DNA of 64,000 nt from Abditibacterium sp. (GTDB taxonomy: Bacteria > Armatimonadota > Abditibacteriia > Abditibacteriales > Abditibacteriaceae): assembly GCA_965199495.1 (NCBI GenBank), contig CBDASK010000003.1, positions 448,001 through 512,000 on the forward strand. The letters run 5' to 3'. Under the pieces are notes generated by a model, which was given only the letters and a program-made list of their open reading frames with translations, did not search any database and had not been told where the DNA came from. A program made the translations under genes and the position numbers. Positions 39,886 to 49,136 of the stretch are shown here, piece by piece; position 1 is the stretch's first letter; every line of letters begins with the position of its first letter.

Positions 39886-40335
39886 TTAGGACGGACAGTT
39901 GACCGCGCAAAACTCCCGCGCGATTTGCTCTTTGATCTGGTTACGGATAACGCGCGTGGCCGCTAACTTTTCATCCCAAGTGCCTTGGAGCGCCGACGGA
40001 TCGGCGAAACCCCAGTGCAGACGTTGGGTGACGCCGGGGAAAATCGGGCAACGCTCGGCATTGGCGCCGTCGCACACCGCAATGACATGGGAAAACAGTT
40101 GCCCGCTCTTTATCACGTCGAATACATGGCGCGGCTGGTAATCCGACACGTCTATGTCGTCTTCGGCCAAAACCGCGATTGCCAGTGGGTTGACCCGCGT
40201 TGTGGCGTCGGTTTCCAAACCCGCGCTCTGCGCCGCGTATTTGTCGCCGCACAATTGATTGAGCATCGCTTCGGCAATTACAGAGCGCGCCGAATTGTGG
40301 ACGCACACGAACAAAACGTTGATTTTGCGTGACAT
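39886..40335 (-). CDS. arsC: Thioredoxin-coupled arsenate reductase, second copy
   Basis: CVHNSARS; AVCD...RCP; SD GGAGG. Confidence 0.92.
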   Translation of the reverse strand: MSRKINVLFVCVHNSARSVIAEAMLNQLCGDKYAAQSAGLETDATTRVNPLAIAVLAEDDIDVSDYQPRHVFDVIKSGQLFSHVIAVCDGANAERCPIFPGVTQRLHWGFADPSALQGTWDEKLAATRVIRNQIKEQIAREFCAVNCPS

Positions 40336-40358
40336 AATTGAGCCTCCAAAAACGGAAA

Positions 40359-40811
40359 TTAGCAGCAGCCTGACGCGGGCGCGCAACCGCCGCCAGAAGG
40401 CACGATGCACAGCTCTTTGGCCAGACAATCGGTGTGTTTGGTCGTCAAAACGAGTGTGACGGCTTCGTCCGAAACAATCGCTTCCGACACTGGATATTGC
40501 GAGATGATTTTGTCTTCATACTCGATTTCCAAGTCCAAAAAATCGCCCGACAAAATCGCCTCGGATTTTTGGAGAATGTCGGCCATCTTGCCCGCCTCAA
40601 TGCGATGATCCACGTCCGGCCCAATCCACGCTTGCAGTTGACAGGTCTGCACGCTGTGGACTTTGCCGCCGCAGTCGATAAAAGTCTTGCTGACCGCGCC
40701 GACTTCGGTGATGTGAAAGGCTTGCGGGACAGCTTGGCCGTCGGGCAGTTGCAGCAAAAATTGCTTGTCACGGTTGGCTTCTAAAAGAGCCTTGAATTGT
40801 GCGAGTTTCAT
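40359..40811 (-). CDS. DUF6428-like ars-associated protein
   Basis: FHITEVG, FIDCGG, EIEY, HTDCLAKELC, C-terminal CC. Confidence 0.75.
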   Translation of the reverse strand: MKLAQFKALLEANRDKQFLLQLPDGQAVPQAFHITEVGAVSKTFIDCGGKVHSVQTCQLQAWIGPDVDHRIEAGKMADILQKSEAILSGDFLDLEIEYEDKIISQYPVSEAIVSDEAVTLVLTTKHTDCLAKELCIVPSGGGCAPASGCC

Positions 40812-40825
40812 GTGTGTTTTTCCTT

Positions 40826-41929
40826 TTAGTTGGATGAAGTGGATACGGCAGCAGGAGCCACCGGAAAACCTTTTTGCAGTCGTGCCGCCACGCCGACGAG
40901 GGCGATCATTACCGGCACTTCGATGAGCGGGCCGATCACGGCGGCGAACGCTGCGCCGCTTTGGATGCCAAATACCGAGATGGCAACGGCAATCGCCAGC
41001 TCGAAGTTGTTCGAGGCCGCCGTAAACGCCAGCGTCACGTTTTTGGAGTAGTCGGCGCCGATGCGCTTGCCCATCGCAAACGAAACGAAGAACATCACCA
41101 GGAAATAAACGATGAGCGGCAACGCAATCAAAAGCACGTCGCCAGGGCGCGAGACAATTTTGTCGCCTTGCAGCGCGAACATCACCACAATAGTGAAGAG
41201 CAACGCCGCCAGCGTGAGCGGAGAGATTTTCGGAATGAAATCGGTTTCGTAGCGTTGGCGCCCCACGGTTTTTACACCGACAAAGCGCGTCACCATGCCC
41301 GCCAAGAACGGAATGCCCAAATAAATCGCCACGCTCTTGGCGACCTCGGCCATTGTGATTGAAACAGCCACGCCGTGCAGACCGACCAAAGGCGGCAAAA
41401 CGGAAAGGAAAAAGTAGGCGTAAACGGAAAAGAATAGCACTTGAAAGATCGAGTTAAAGGCGACTAGTCCCGCCGCATATTCGGTGTCGCCTTTCGCCAG
41501 TTGGTTCCACACGATCACCATCGCAATACAGCGCGCCAGCCCGATGAGCATCAGGCCGGTCATGTATTCGGGATAATTGTGCAGAAACAGCACCGCCAAA
41601 CCCCACATCAAAACCGGCCCGATAATCCAGTTCTGGATGAGCGAGAGCATCAAAACGCGGGTGTCGCGGAACACGCGGCCCAACTCTTCATATTTCACTT
41701 TGGCAAGGGGCGGATACATCATAATGATGAGGCCCGCCGCAATCGGTATTGACGTTGTGCCGACCGAAAGGCGCGTGAGGGCTTCGCCGAAGGACGGCAC
41801 CAAGCGCCCCAGAGCCACGCCCAATGCCATCGCCGCGAAAATCCACAGCGTCAAATAGCGGTCGAGAAAAGAGAGCCGCGCCCGCTCAACGGGCGAACAA
41901 GTGGCGGGGTTGGAAGTGGAAACATTCAT
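40826..41929 (-). CDS. acr3: Acr3 arsenite efflux transporter
   Basis: [41 protein letters not shown]. Confidence 0.95.
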   Translation of the reverse strand: MNVSTSNPATCSPVERARLSFLDRYLTLWIFAAMALGVALGRLVPSFGEALTRLSVGTTSIPIAAGLIIMMYPPLAKVKYEELGRVFRDTRVLMLSLIQNWIIGPVLMWGLAVLFLHNYPEYMTGLMLIGLARCIAMVIVWNQLAKGDTEYAAGLVAFNSIFQVLFFSVYAYFFLSVLPPLVGLHGVAVSITMAEVAKSVAIYLGIPFLAGMVTRFVGVKTVGRQRYETDFIPKISPLTLAALLFTIVVMFALQGDKIVSRPGDVLLIALPLIVYFLVMFFVSFAMGKRIGADYSKNVTLAFTAASNNFELAIAVAISVFGIQSGAAFAAVIGPLIEVPVMIALVGVAARLQKGFPVAPAAVSTSSN

Positions 41930-41940
41930 GGTTTATTCTT

Positions 41941-41970
41941 CATCGTATATCGCTGTTAGACGATAGAACT
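41941..41970. promoter_or_regulatory. Putative ArsR operator, internal copy before acr3
   Basis: ATCG-N8-CGAT core; 22 of 30 nt identical to 42299-42328. Confidence 0.6.
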
Positions 41971-41983
41971 GTCGAACGAGCGA

Positions 41984-42301
41984 TTAGATTTCGCCCAACA
42001 AAACGCGCAAGCGTTCGAGCGCGGCGGGATTGAGGCAGTAACAGGAGCGCGGGCCGTCAATTTCGATTTGCACCAGTCCGGCTTCTTTGAGCGTTTTGAG
42101 ATGCTGAGAAACCGAGCTTTGCGAGAGCGGCAAAACGTCCACGATCTCGCCGCAGATGCAAACGCCTTTTTCTTTGAGGAAGCGCACAATCGCCACGCGC
42201 GCCGGATGCGCCAGCGCCCCGGCCAAGCGCGCCAATTCCGTGTCGCTCTCCTGCATCGCATTTTGCACGTTGTCGGCGGGACAACACTGAAGCTGTTTCA
42301 T
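41984..42301 (-). CDS. arsR: ArsR arsenic-responsive repressor
   Basis: ALAHPAR, CICGEI, VSQHLKTL, CYC; N-terminal CC. Confidence 0.9.
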   Translation of the reverse strand: MKQLQCCPADNVQNAMQESDTELARLAGALAHPARVAIVRFLKEKGVCICGEIVDVLPLSQSSVSQHLKTLKEAGLVQIEIDGPRSCYCLNPAALERLRVLLGEI

Positions 42302-42306
42302 CGTTC

Positions 42307-42341
42307 ATTGGTAATATACGATAGACCTAAAAGCGCGTCAA
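42307..42341 (-). promoter_or_regulatory. Sigma70 promoter of arsR with overlapping operator
   Basis: TTGACG (42341-42336), 17 nt, TATATT (42318-42313); ATTG-N8-CGAT overlaps the -10. Confidence 0.75.
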
Positions 42342-42408
42342 GGTGTTCGCGGCAAAATTTCAGGAGAAAGATCTGACCGGATGCGGTGAATTCAAGCTCC
42401 ATTCACAA

Positions 42409-42435
42409 AAAAGCCCGCGAAGTTCGCGGGCTTTT
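42409..42435. terminator. Palindromic terminator
   Basis: AAAAGCCCGCGAA-G-TTCGCGGGCTTTT; same core as 36448. Confidence 0.78.
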
Positions 42436-42552
42436 CTACTTGTCCGATTCCAAGTCTTTGATATATTCTTTCATCTCAGCGAGTTCGCGCTTCTGCGCTT
42501 CGATAATTTCGTCGGCCAACTTGCGGACGCGCGGATAAGGATTCTTATCCAT
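42436..42552 (-). pseudogene. C-terminal remnant of a DUF305-like gene (not in the ORF track)
   Basis: Translates as MDKNPYPRVRKLADEIIEAQKRELAEMKEYIKDLESDK*; compare EIKAMAEDIISAQTREIDQM in the 16452 protein. Confidence 0.75.
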
Positions 42553-42625
42553 TTTGTTTTCCAAGTGAATGTTTAAGTGAGCTACGGCTGGCCCGCGCAG
42601 TGCGGCGAGCCAGCCTGATTTGTTT

Positions 42626-43000
42626 CTAACCTTTCACGATGAGCTTGCCGCGCACCATGTTCATGCCGCAGTGAAAAGTGAACTCACCCGCTTTATCGGG
42701 CGTGAATTCGACCGGCACTTCCTCGTTTTGCGGCAGCATTTTGGAAACGCCGAAGTCGCCGAAGATGACTTGCTCGGTGCAACTGTTGCTTTCTTTTCGG
42801 GTGAACAACAGGCGCACCGGTTGGCCCTTTTTAACTTCGATGCGGTCGGGCGAGTAGCCACCTTGCACCGTGACTTTGATTTGCTGCACGCCTCCGGCAA
42901 CGGCGGCTTGCTCCGAGGCGCGCGGGCCGAAAAAGAACCACACCACGAAGAGGCTCAGTAAAATGCCGCCGCTGACAACCCAAATTTCTGCTGTGTCCAT
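42626..43000 (-). CDS. Membrane-anchored cupredoxin (CupA-like)
   Basis: N-terminal TM, GGYSPD, SCTE, FHCGMNMVRG. Confidence 0.9.
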   Translation of the reverse strand: MDTAEIWVVSGGILLSLFVVWFFFGPRASEQAAVAGGVQQIKVTVQGGYSPDRIEVKKGQPVRLLFTRKESNSCTEQVIFGDFGVSKMLPQNEEVPVEFTPDKAGEFTFHCGMNMVRGKLIVKG

Positions 43001-45372
43001 CAGGAACTCCTTTCGATTTTAAATCCGCGCAATCGCAGCGCGTTGAACACCACCGAAACACTCGACAGCGCCATCGCCAGACTCGCCAGAATCGGCGAGA
43101 GCAGCCAGCCGGTGAACGGATACAAAATGCCCGCCGCGATGGGAATGCCCAGCACGTTGTAAATAAAGGCGAAAAACAGGTTCTGCTTAATGTTTTTCAC
43201 CGTCGCCCGCGACAGCGCGATGGATGCAGCCACGCCGTGTAAGTCGCCTTTGACGAGCGTGATATCGGCGGCTTCCAAAGCCACGTCGGTGCCGGTTCCC
43301 ATCGCAATGCCGACATCGGCTTGGGCCAGCGCGGGCGCGTCGTTGATGCCGTCGCCGACCATCGCCACCTTTTTTCCTTCGGCCTGCAACTCTTTGATTT
43401 TGGCCGCTTTGCCGTCGGGCAGAACCTCGGCGAAAACGCGCTCGATGCCGACCTGTCGCGCGATGGCGTGAGCCGTCTTTTCGTTGTCGCCGGTCAGCAT
43501 GGCGACTTCCAAACCCAAATCGCGCAGCTTTTGGATGGCAGCGCGCGAACCGTCTTTAATCGGATCGGCGATGGCAATAACGCCCGCGAACTTACCGTCG
43601 AGCGCCACGAAAACCGGAGTTTTGCCATCTTCCGCGAGGGCGTCCGAGGTTTGCTCATCGGGCGCCAAACCGCGCTCGCGCATCAGTTTCGCGTTGCCAA
43701 TGAGGACTTGGTGCCCTTCGACTTTCGCCTCAATGCCGTGTCCGGCGACCGCCTCAAACGCTTCGACCGGCACCAACTTCAAGCCCTTGTCTTTGGCATC
43801 GCGCACCATCGCTTCGCCCAGAGGATGCTCGCTGCCGCTTTCGGCTGAGGCCGCTAAACGCAGCAGTTCGCCTTCATCAATGCCATGCGCCACGATGTCG
43901 GTCACACTCGGCTGGCCCTGCGTGATGGTGCCGGTTTTGTCCAAGACAATCGCGCTCAGTTGGTGCGCGGTTTCCAGCGCCTGCCCGCCTTTGATGAGAA
44001 TGCCGTTCTGCGCGCCGCGCCCCGTTCCGACCATAATCGCCGTCGGCGTGGCTAAGCCCAGCGCGCACGGGCAAGCGATCACCAAAATCGAAACGCTGGT
44101 TAAAAGTGCCAGCGTCAGGCGCGAATCCACCGGCGCCACCACGAACCAGATTACGAACGACGCAATCGCCAACAGAATCACGACCGGAACGAAGAAACCG
44201 GCAACGGTATCGGCCAACTTCTGAATCGGCGCTTTGCTGCCCTGCGCCTGTTGCACCAACCGCACGATGCCCTGCAAAACCGTGTCGCTGCCGACCTTGG
44301 TCGCCCGAAAGCGGAAACTGCCGGTCTTGTTGAGTGTCGCGCCGATCACGCTATCGCCCGCCGCTTTTTTCACCGGCAACGGTTCGCCGGTCAGCATGGA
44401 CTCGTCCACACTCGATTCGCCCCCGACGACTTCGCCGTCAACCGGAATTTTCTCGCCGGGCCGCACCGTCACGATGTCTCCGGCGCGCACCTCTGCGATA
44501 GGGATTTCCATTTCCTGCCCGTCGCGCTCGACGCGCGCGGTTTTGGCCTGCAAGCCCATCAAGGCGCGAATCGCGCTGCCGGTTTGGGCGCGCGCTTTGG
44601 CTTCCAACAAGCGCCCCATCAAAATCAGCGTGATTATAATGGCCGCGACTTCATAATAAACGCCGGTCGGCGCGTTGCCGTGCCCACCACTCCCGTGCGC
44701 CGTAACTGCTAAAAGTTCGGGCGCGAAGGTCACCACGATGCTATAAAGATAGGCCACCAAAGTGCCAATCGCCACCAAGGTGTTCATGTCGGCGGAGCGA
44801 TGGCGCGCCGCCGCCCACGCGCCGGTGAAGAACTCGCGGCCCGCCCAAAAAACTGGCGTGGTTAAAGCCAATTCAACATAAGCGCGTCCGGGAAAGTTGA
44901 AGAGCCGCTCCAACGCGGGCAAAAGGTGCCCGCCCATCGCCATGACCGCGACCGGAATCGTCAACACCAGCGCGATGATGAACTTGTTCTTCTGCTCGTT
45001 GAACTCGCGGTCGCGCGCCTCGACTTCGGCGTCGGCCAGCGACTGCACGGGCGCGGCGCCCTCGTTGCTCGGCTGCTGCACGATGGCGTCGTAGCCCACT
45101 TTTTGCACCGCCTCGCGCAGTTTGGCCGGGTCGGTTTGCGCGGGATCGTAAGTCACCGTCGCGCGCGTAGTCGCAAAATTGACGGTCGCGTTTTCCACGC
45201 CCTCGGCTTTATTAAGCGCCTTTTCGATGCGAACCGCGCACGCCGAACAGTGCATTCCCAACAGCGGCAAATCCGCGCTCTGGCTGGAGGTGCCCGCGTC
45301 TTCTAATTCCAACTCCGCGACGGCAGAGGGCGAGGCCGAATCGTGATCTTTATGATGATTTGTGTGATCCAT
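43000..45372 (-). CDS. copA: Cu(I)-translocating P1B-1 ATPase
   Basis: His-rich start, GMHCSAC, CPC, DKTGT, YN, MALSS; SD AGGAG. Confidence 0.95.
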   Translation of the reverse strand: MDHTNHHKDHDSASPSAVAELELEDAGTSSQSADLPLLGMHCSACAVRIEKALNKAEGVENATVNFATTRATVTYDPAQTDPAKLREAVQKVGYDAIVQQPSNEGAAPVQSLADAEVEARDREFNEQKNKFIIALVLTIPVAVMAMGGHLLPALERLFNFPGRAYVELALTTPVFWAGREFFTGAWAAARHRSADMNTLVAIGTLVAYLYSIVVTFAPELLAVTAHGSGGHGNAPTGVYYEVAAIIITLILMGRLLEAKARAQTGSAIRALMGLQAKTARVERDGQEMEIPIAEVRAGDIVTVRPGEKIPVDGEVVGGESSVDESMLTGEPLPVKKAAGDSVIGATLNKTGSFRFRATKVGSDTVLQGIVRLVQQAQGSKAPIQKLADTVAGFFVPVVILLAIASFVIWFVVAPVDSRLTLALLTSVSILVIACPCALGLATPTAIMVGTGRGAQNGILIKGGQALETAHQLSAIVLDKTGTITQGQPSVTDIVAHGIDEGELLRLAASAESGSEHPLGEAMVRDAKDKGLKLVPVEAFEAVAGHGIEAKVEGHQVLIGNAKLMRERGLAPDEQTSDALAEDGKTPVFVALDGKFAGVIAIADPIKDGSRAAIQKLRDLGLEVAMLTGDNEKTAHAIARQVGIERVFAEVLPDGKAAKIKELQAEGKKVAMVGDGINDAPALAQADVGIAMGTGTDVALEAADITLVKGDLHGVAASIALSRATVKNIKQNLFFAFIYNVLGIPIAAGILYPFTGWLLSPILASLAMALSSVSVVFNALRLRGFKIERSS

Positions 45373-45413
45373 ATCACTCCTTTTCCCGGTTAAGGTTTTT
45401 AGTTCGACACGCC

Positions 45414-45632
45414 TTAAATGGCCGATTTTACACGGAATCCCGCGCCTTCGACGGCAGAAATCAAGCTCGCAATGTTCAGGTTCTCTCCGCGCACTCGCGC
45501 CATTTTTTCCACCAGGTTGATCGAAACGCTGGACACGCCCGCCGTATTCGCCAGCGATTGCGTGATCTGGTTTTCGCAACCGCCACACTTCATACCCTCG
45601 ATCTCTATCACCACGTTTTGTTGATTATCCAT
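45414..45632 (-). CDS. copZ: CopZ-like HMA copper chaperone
   Basis: IEGMKCGGC...AGF; SD AAGGAG. Confidence 0.88.
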   Translation of the reverse strand: MDNQQNVVIEIEGMKCGGCENQITQSLANTAGVSSVSINLVEKMARVRGENLNIASLISAVEGAGFRVKSAI

Positions 45633-45644
45633 CTCTGCTCCTTT

Positions 45645-45661
45645 ATACCCCCAAAGGGTAT
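45645..45661. promoter_or_regulatory. CsoR-type operator
   Basis: ATACCC-CCAAA-GGGTAT upstream of copZ-copA. Confidence 0.8.
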
Positions 45662-45710
45662 TGAAAATCAAGACAGAGAATAAACTCTCGCGTTCCCTGC
45701 GGAGCGAGAT

Positions 45711-46157
45711 TTAGCGGGCGAACGGCTGAATTTTAGCGATTTTCGCGCCCAACAGCGGCAGCAGTGCCATCTGCAAAAGCGGCAACATTCCAAGATGGAC
45801 GCCTAAAATTTGAATCTGCGGCATAAGCGGCCCATAACGCCACCAACCGCCCAGCGACGCGAGAGTTTCGATGGCAACCGCAGCGATAAATCCCGCAGCA
45901 ATGAGCAGCCACGTCGGCGGCAAACGGGACTTTCGATTTCCCAAACAGAGCGCGCCTCCCACTAAAATTACGCTTAAAACAGCGTCGGCGACCGTCGCTC
46001 CCAGCATCCACAGCGCGCCCTTCCACACGCTAAATCCGCTCATATCATAAAAGAACAAGCACTGAAAGAATTCCCAGACGCCATGCAAGGTAAAGCTCCA
46101 CCACGCTAAGAGCGCGAGAGGAGCCAAAGTTTGAATATGGTGCGACAATCGGGACAT
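45711..46157 (-). CDS. Small integral membrane protein
   Basis: About four hydrophobic segments; HGVWE, WWRYGPLMP, PLLQM. Confidence 0.65.
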   Translation of the reverse strand: MSRLSHHIQTLAPLALLAWWSFTLHGVWEFFQCLFFYDMSGFSVWKGALWMLGATVADAVLSVILVGGALCLGNRKSRLPPTWLLIAAGFIAAVAIETLASLGGWWRYGPLMPQIQILGVHLGMLPLLQMALLPLLGAKIAKIQPFAR

Positions 46158-46167
46158 TACGACGAAT

Positions 46168-46458
46168 TTACTTGAGAAAACGCTGAAGCGAAACGCGAAC
46201 TTCTTCGATCAATTCCTCTTTACTGAGCGGCTTGGAATCAAGATGCGCGTCCTCGCTCCCGTGTCCCATGACGCAGGTTTCGAGATGGTTGGTCAGCAGT
46301 TCCACGCCCAACGAATCCAACGCGGCGCGAACAGCGGAAATTTGGTTGAGAATGTCGAGACAGTAGCGATCTTCGTCAATCATTTTACTGACGCCGTTGA
46401 TTTGCCCACTGACACGGCTGATGCGCGACTTGATGGCTTTGCGAGAAGTTTCTTTCAT
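46168..46458 (-). CDS. csoR: CsoR copper-sensing repressor
   Basis: RVSGQINGV, YCLDIL, NHLETC (C-H-C fingerprint). Confidence 0.92.
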   Translation of the reverse strand: MKETSRKAIKSRISRVSGQINGVSKMIDEDRYCLDILNQISAVRAALDSLGVELLTNHLETCVMGHGSEDAHLDSKPLSKEELIEEVRVSLQRFLK

Positions 46459-46472
46459 GATGCTTACACTGA

Positions 46473-46497
46473 ATACCCCATTAGGGTGTGATGTCAA
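46473..46497 (-). promoter_or_regulatory. CsoR autoregulatory operator and -35 element
   Basis: ATACCC-CATTA-GGGTGT, with a minus-strand TTGACA at 46497-46492. Confidence 0.7.
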
Positions 46498-46606
46498 GAC
46501 GATAGAGCAGGGTTCACGTTCAGAAAAACCGGCGAACACTTCCACCGCGTGTTAAGAGTTGTCGGTTCGCACGGGAAATTTGTGATGTCGCTAAAGCGTT
46601 GGTCAC

Positions 46607-46623
46607 ATACACTGGCGGAGTAT
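46607..46623. promoter_or_regulatory. Putative CsoR-type operator
   Basis: ATACACTGGCGGAGTAT upstream of leader 3. Confidence 0.6.
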
Positions 46624-46692
46624 AGAAATTGGAACGGTCACCAGAGAGACTCGTCCGGTTTTGAGCGTTTCGCTGGTAAACGCACTTTTATT

Positions 46693-47184
46693 ATGAGTCA
46701 GTGGCGTCGCCTCCCTTTCGTCTTGATGGCCCTGTTTGCGCTGTGTGCGCTGACGGTGCCTTCGTTGGCGTGGGCGTGCCCCATCACTGGGCGTAGCGGA
46801 GCCGCAACTCAGGTTTGTATCAATGCTCCGGCTTCTGGTCAGTCGAACCAGGCTGCCAACGTGATGGCGTGTTGTGCGCCCACGCATGGAAACGCCGCGA
46901 TGTCAGGCAACGGGTGCCTGGGGACGTGCTGCAAAGCCGTGCCACAGTTGCCAAACGGCGACCCCGCCAAAAATACTGCGCTTTCGCAAGCGCATTGGAA
47001 TATCGCCGGTCTGCTCGATCAATTGTCGCAGACCGCTCATACTGTTTTTATCCTCGCGCCTCCGGTCGCTCCACTCGTTATCGAGCCGCCGCGCGCACTT
47101 TTTCGGGGTGACGCTTCCGTTGCTCCTCTGCTCACCCAATTCGCGTTCTCTCTGTTCGCGGGTCGCGCTCCACCCATCGGTTAA
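46693..47184 (+). CDS. RAPP leader peptide 3 (exported, Cys-rich)
   Basis: Signal peptide AWA|C; CC, CLGTCC; ends FSLFAGRAPPIG*. Confidence 0.75.
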   Translation: MSQWRRLPFVLMALFALCALTVPSLAWACPITGRSGAATQVCINAPASGQSNQAANVMACCAPTHGNAAMSGNGCLGTCCKAVPQLPNGDPAKNTALSQAHWNIAGLLDQLSQTAHTVFILAPPVAPLVIEPPRALFRGDASVAPLLTQFAFSLFAGRAPPIG

Positions 47185-47470
47185 AAGTCGTTTTTAGCTC
47201 GGTTATTTAACGTTGCCTCCGCGCCGCGCACCTCAGGCGGCTCCTTCGGTAAAGACGTTTCCGCTTCGGCTCGCCTCTGCATTTCCCGCACGGGCGACCG
47301 GGCACGCTCAAACGACTTCTCTTTCCCCGTTCTTCTGTTTGTGCCGTCGCCTCGCGCCGCTTAAAGCCGCGATGCGATTCGCACTTGTTATCCGCTTCAA
47401 GCGGATTAAAGGCCGCGCGTAAGTCGCGTTGTGCCATCGGGGTCGCTGACCCAAAATCAAGAGAAACACC

Positions 47471-47782
47471 ATGAAATCCGAAATTCGCAACCGCCTCGCG
47501 GTTCTGGCGCTGGGCGCCGGTCTGCTGCTGGGTGCAACTGCGCCGCAAGCCGCGCACGCCGACACCAAAACTCCCGCCGATGTTAGCGGCACCGTGCTGG
47601 TGCCGCGTCTGGTCAAAGGCGCGCGCGCTGCCGAATTGCTGCGCGTGCCCGCCGGTCAATACAACGCCAACGGCTTTCGTATTGAGGCGCAAAGCCGCAA
47701 CTGCTCCGGCACCGTGTGCCCAAAAACCACCAACTGCTACGATATCAAAGGCGCCCTGGGCGCGCGCTGTATCACCCGCTAA
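47471..47782 (+). CDS. Small exported protein with four C-terminal Cys
   Basis: Signal peptide AHA|D; CSGTVCPKTTNC...C. Confidence 0.7.
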   Translation: MKSEIRNRLAVLALGAGLLLGATAPQAAHADTKTPADVSGTVLVPRLVKGARAAELLRVPAGQYNANGFRIEAQSRNCSGTVCPKTTNCYDIKGALGARCITR

Positions 47783-47921
47783 AACCAAACGAGAAGTCGT
47801 CACCATTTGCAAGCTCCGCCGAACGCGCAGACGCTTGACAAATTGTGATCACGTCTCAAGTTAATCCTTCTCGCAACGCCTCTATAAATGGGGGCGTTGC
47901 GAGATACCAACCCAAAAAAAC

Positions 47922-48554
47922 ATGAAACACAACATTCACTGGAAAACTGTGGCTGGCCTCGCTCTGGGCGCCAGCTTGACCGGAGGCGTGACCGCGTGGA
48001 GCGCCGTGCCCGACGACAACGCGCATGGCGACGCCGTGCCCTCAAAGATGTCCTGCCCGATGATGGGCGCTGGCATGATGAGCAACGCAATGATGGGCAT
48101 GATGGGCGACAAGCGCACCGCTCAAAGCGGCGCCACGAGAGGCGGTAAGGGCACTGGTCAAAGCAACGCCACGAAGGGCGTGATGCAAAACTGCCAGGAG
48201 ATGATGGGAGGCGGCGGCATGATGTCGTGCCCGATGATGGGCGGCAAAGATGCGGCGACGGAATCGGCTCAGGCAACGCAGGAAAAGGCGCGGCAACGCG
48301 CGGCCATCGCCGTTACCGCCCAAGGCTACACGCCCGCCGTCATCAAAGTGCAGGCCGGAAAGCCGCTGGAACTGACGTTCACACGCACTTCCGACGCGAC
48401 CTGCGCCACCGAGGTTGTGGTGCCCGATTACAAAATCAAAGCGGCTTTGCCGCTCAACAAACCCGTCACGGTGAAGTTCACGCCCAAAAAGAGCGGGGAC
48501 ATCGCGTTCATCTGCGGCATGGGAATGTTTCGCGGCAAGGTCGTCGCTCAGTAG
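47922..48554 (+). CDS. Exported Met-rich cupredoxin protein
   Basis: MSCPMMG repeated; TCATEV...FICGMGMFRG. Confidence 0.85.
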   Translation: MKHNIHWKTVAGLALGASLTGGVTAWSAVPDDNAHGDAVPSKMSCPMMGAGMMSNAMMGMMGDKRTAQSGATRGGKGTGQSNATKGVMQNCQEMMGGGGMMSCPMMGGKDAATESAQATQEKARQRAAIAVTAQGYTPAVIKVQAGKPLELTFTRTSDATCATEVVVPDYKIKAALPLNKPVTVKFTPKKSGDIAFICGMGMFRGKVVAQ

Positions 48555-48628
48555 GCGACACCAACGCGGGCACCGCGCGGTTTTTACCGGCGGTGCCCGC
48601 ACGCGGAAACCAACTTCAACTTAAGTCA

Positions 48629-49117
48629 ATGACAAATTTCCTGAAACTTCCCCTGCTCGCCGGTGCGCTGGCCTTGACCTGGACGTTGAGCGGTTGCGGC
48701 AACAACGCCGAACCGACCGCCCCAACTTCGCAAACCGAAACCGCGCCGATGAGCGGCAACATGGCCGCGTCAAACGCGGCAGTCCCGGCAGCAGCCACGC
48801 CGGGCACGGCGACGCAGGCCGGGCCGTTCGAGGTCACGCTTGCCCTTGATGCGCCCGAACCCAAAGTCGGTGACGCGCAGTTCAAAGCGACCGTGATGCG
48901 CGACGGCAAGCCGGTGACGGACGCGACGGTGAAGCTCGCGTTGACGATGCCGCAGATGAAAATGGACGGCCCCAACGCGACGCTCGCTCACACGCAGGGC
49001 GGTGTTTACGCGGGCAAAGCCAACCTGAGCATGGGCGGCAGTTATAGCGCCAAAGTCAGCGTGAACGCGAGCGGCGCGAGTGGCGATGCGCTTTACGATT
49101 TCCGCGCGGTTCAGTAA
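48629..49117 (+). CDS. YtkA/FixH-like lipoprotein
   Basis: Lipobox LSGC; PVTDATV, TMPQMKM, LSMGG. Confidence 0.8.
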   Translation: MTNFLKLPLLAGALALTWTLSGCGNNAEPTAPTSQTETAPMSGNMAASNAAVPAAATPGTATQAGPFEVTLALDAPEPKVGDAQFKATVMRDGKPVTDATVKLALTMPQMKMDGPNATLAHTQGGVYAGKANLSMGGSYSAKVSVNASGASGDALYDFRAVQ

Positions 49118-49136
49118 GGCGCGGAGACGCCAAACC

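Noticed and set aside
45373..45588. N-terminal extension of copA in the ORF track (similar extensions at 15562-15681, 16128-16451, 18594-18770, 48227-48628, 59342-59539)
   Set aside because: The extensions overlap neighbouring genes or regulatory DNA; downstream starts fit SDs, signal peptides or family N-termini better.
47213..47422. 69-aa TTG ORF in the leader 3 spacer containing RRAP
   Set aside because: No SD, the motif is N-terminal and incomplete, and the composition is unremarkable.
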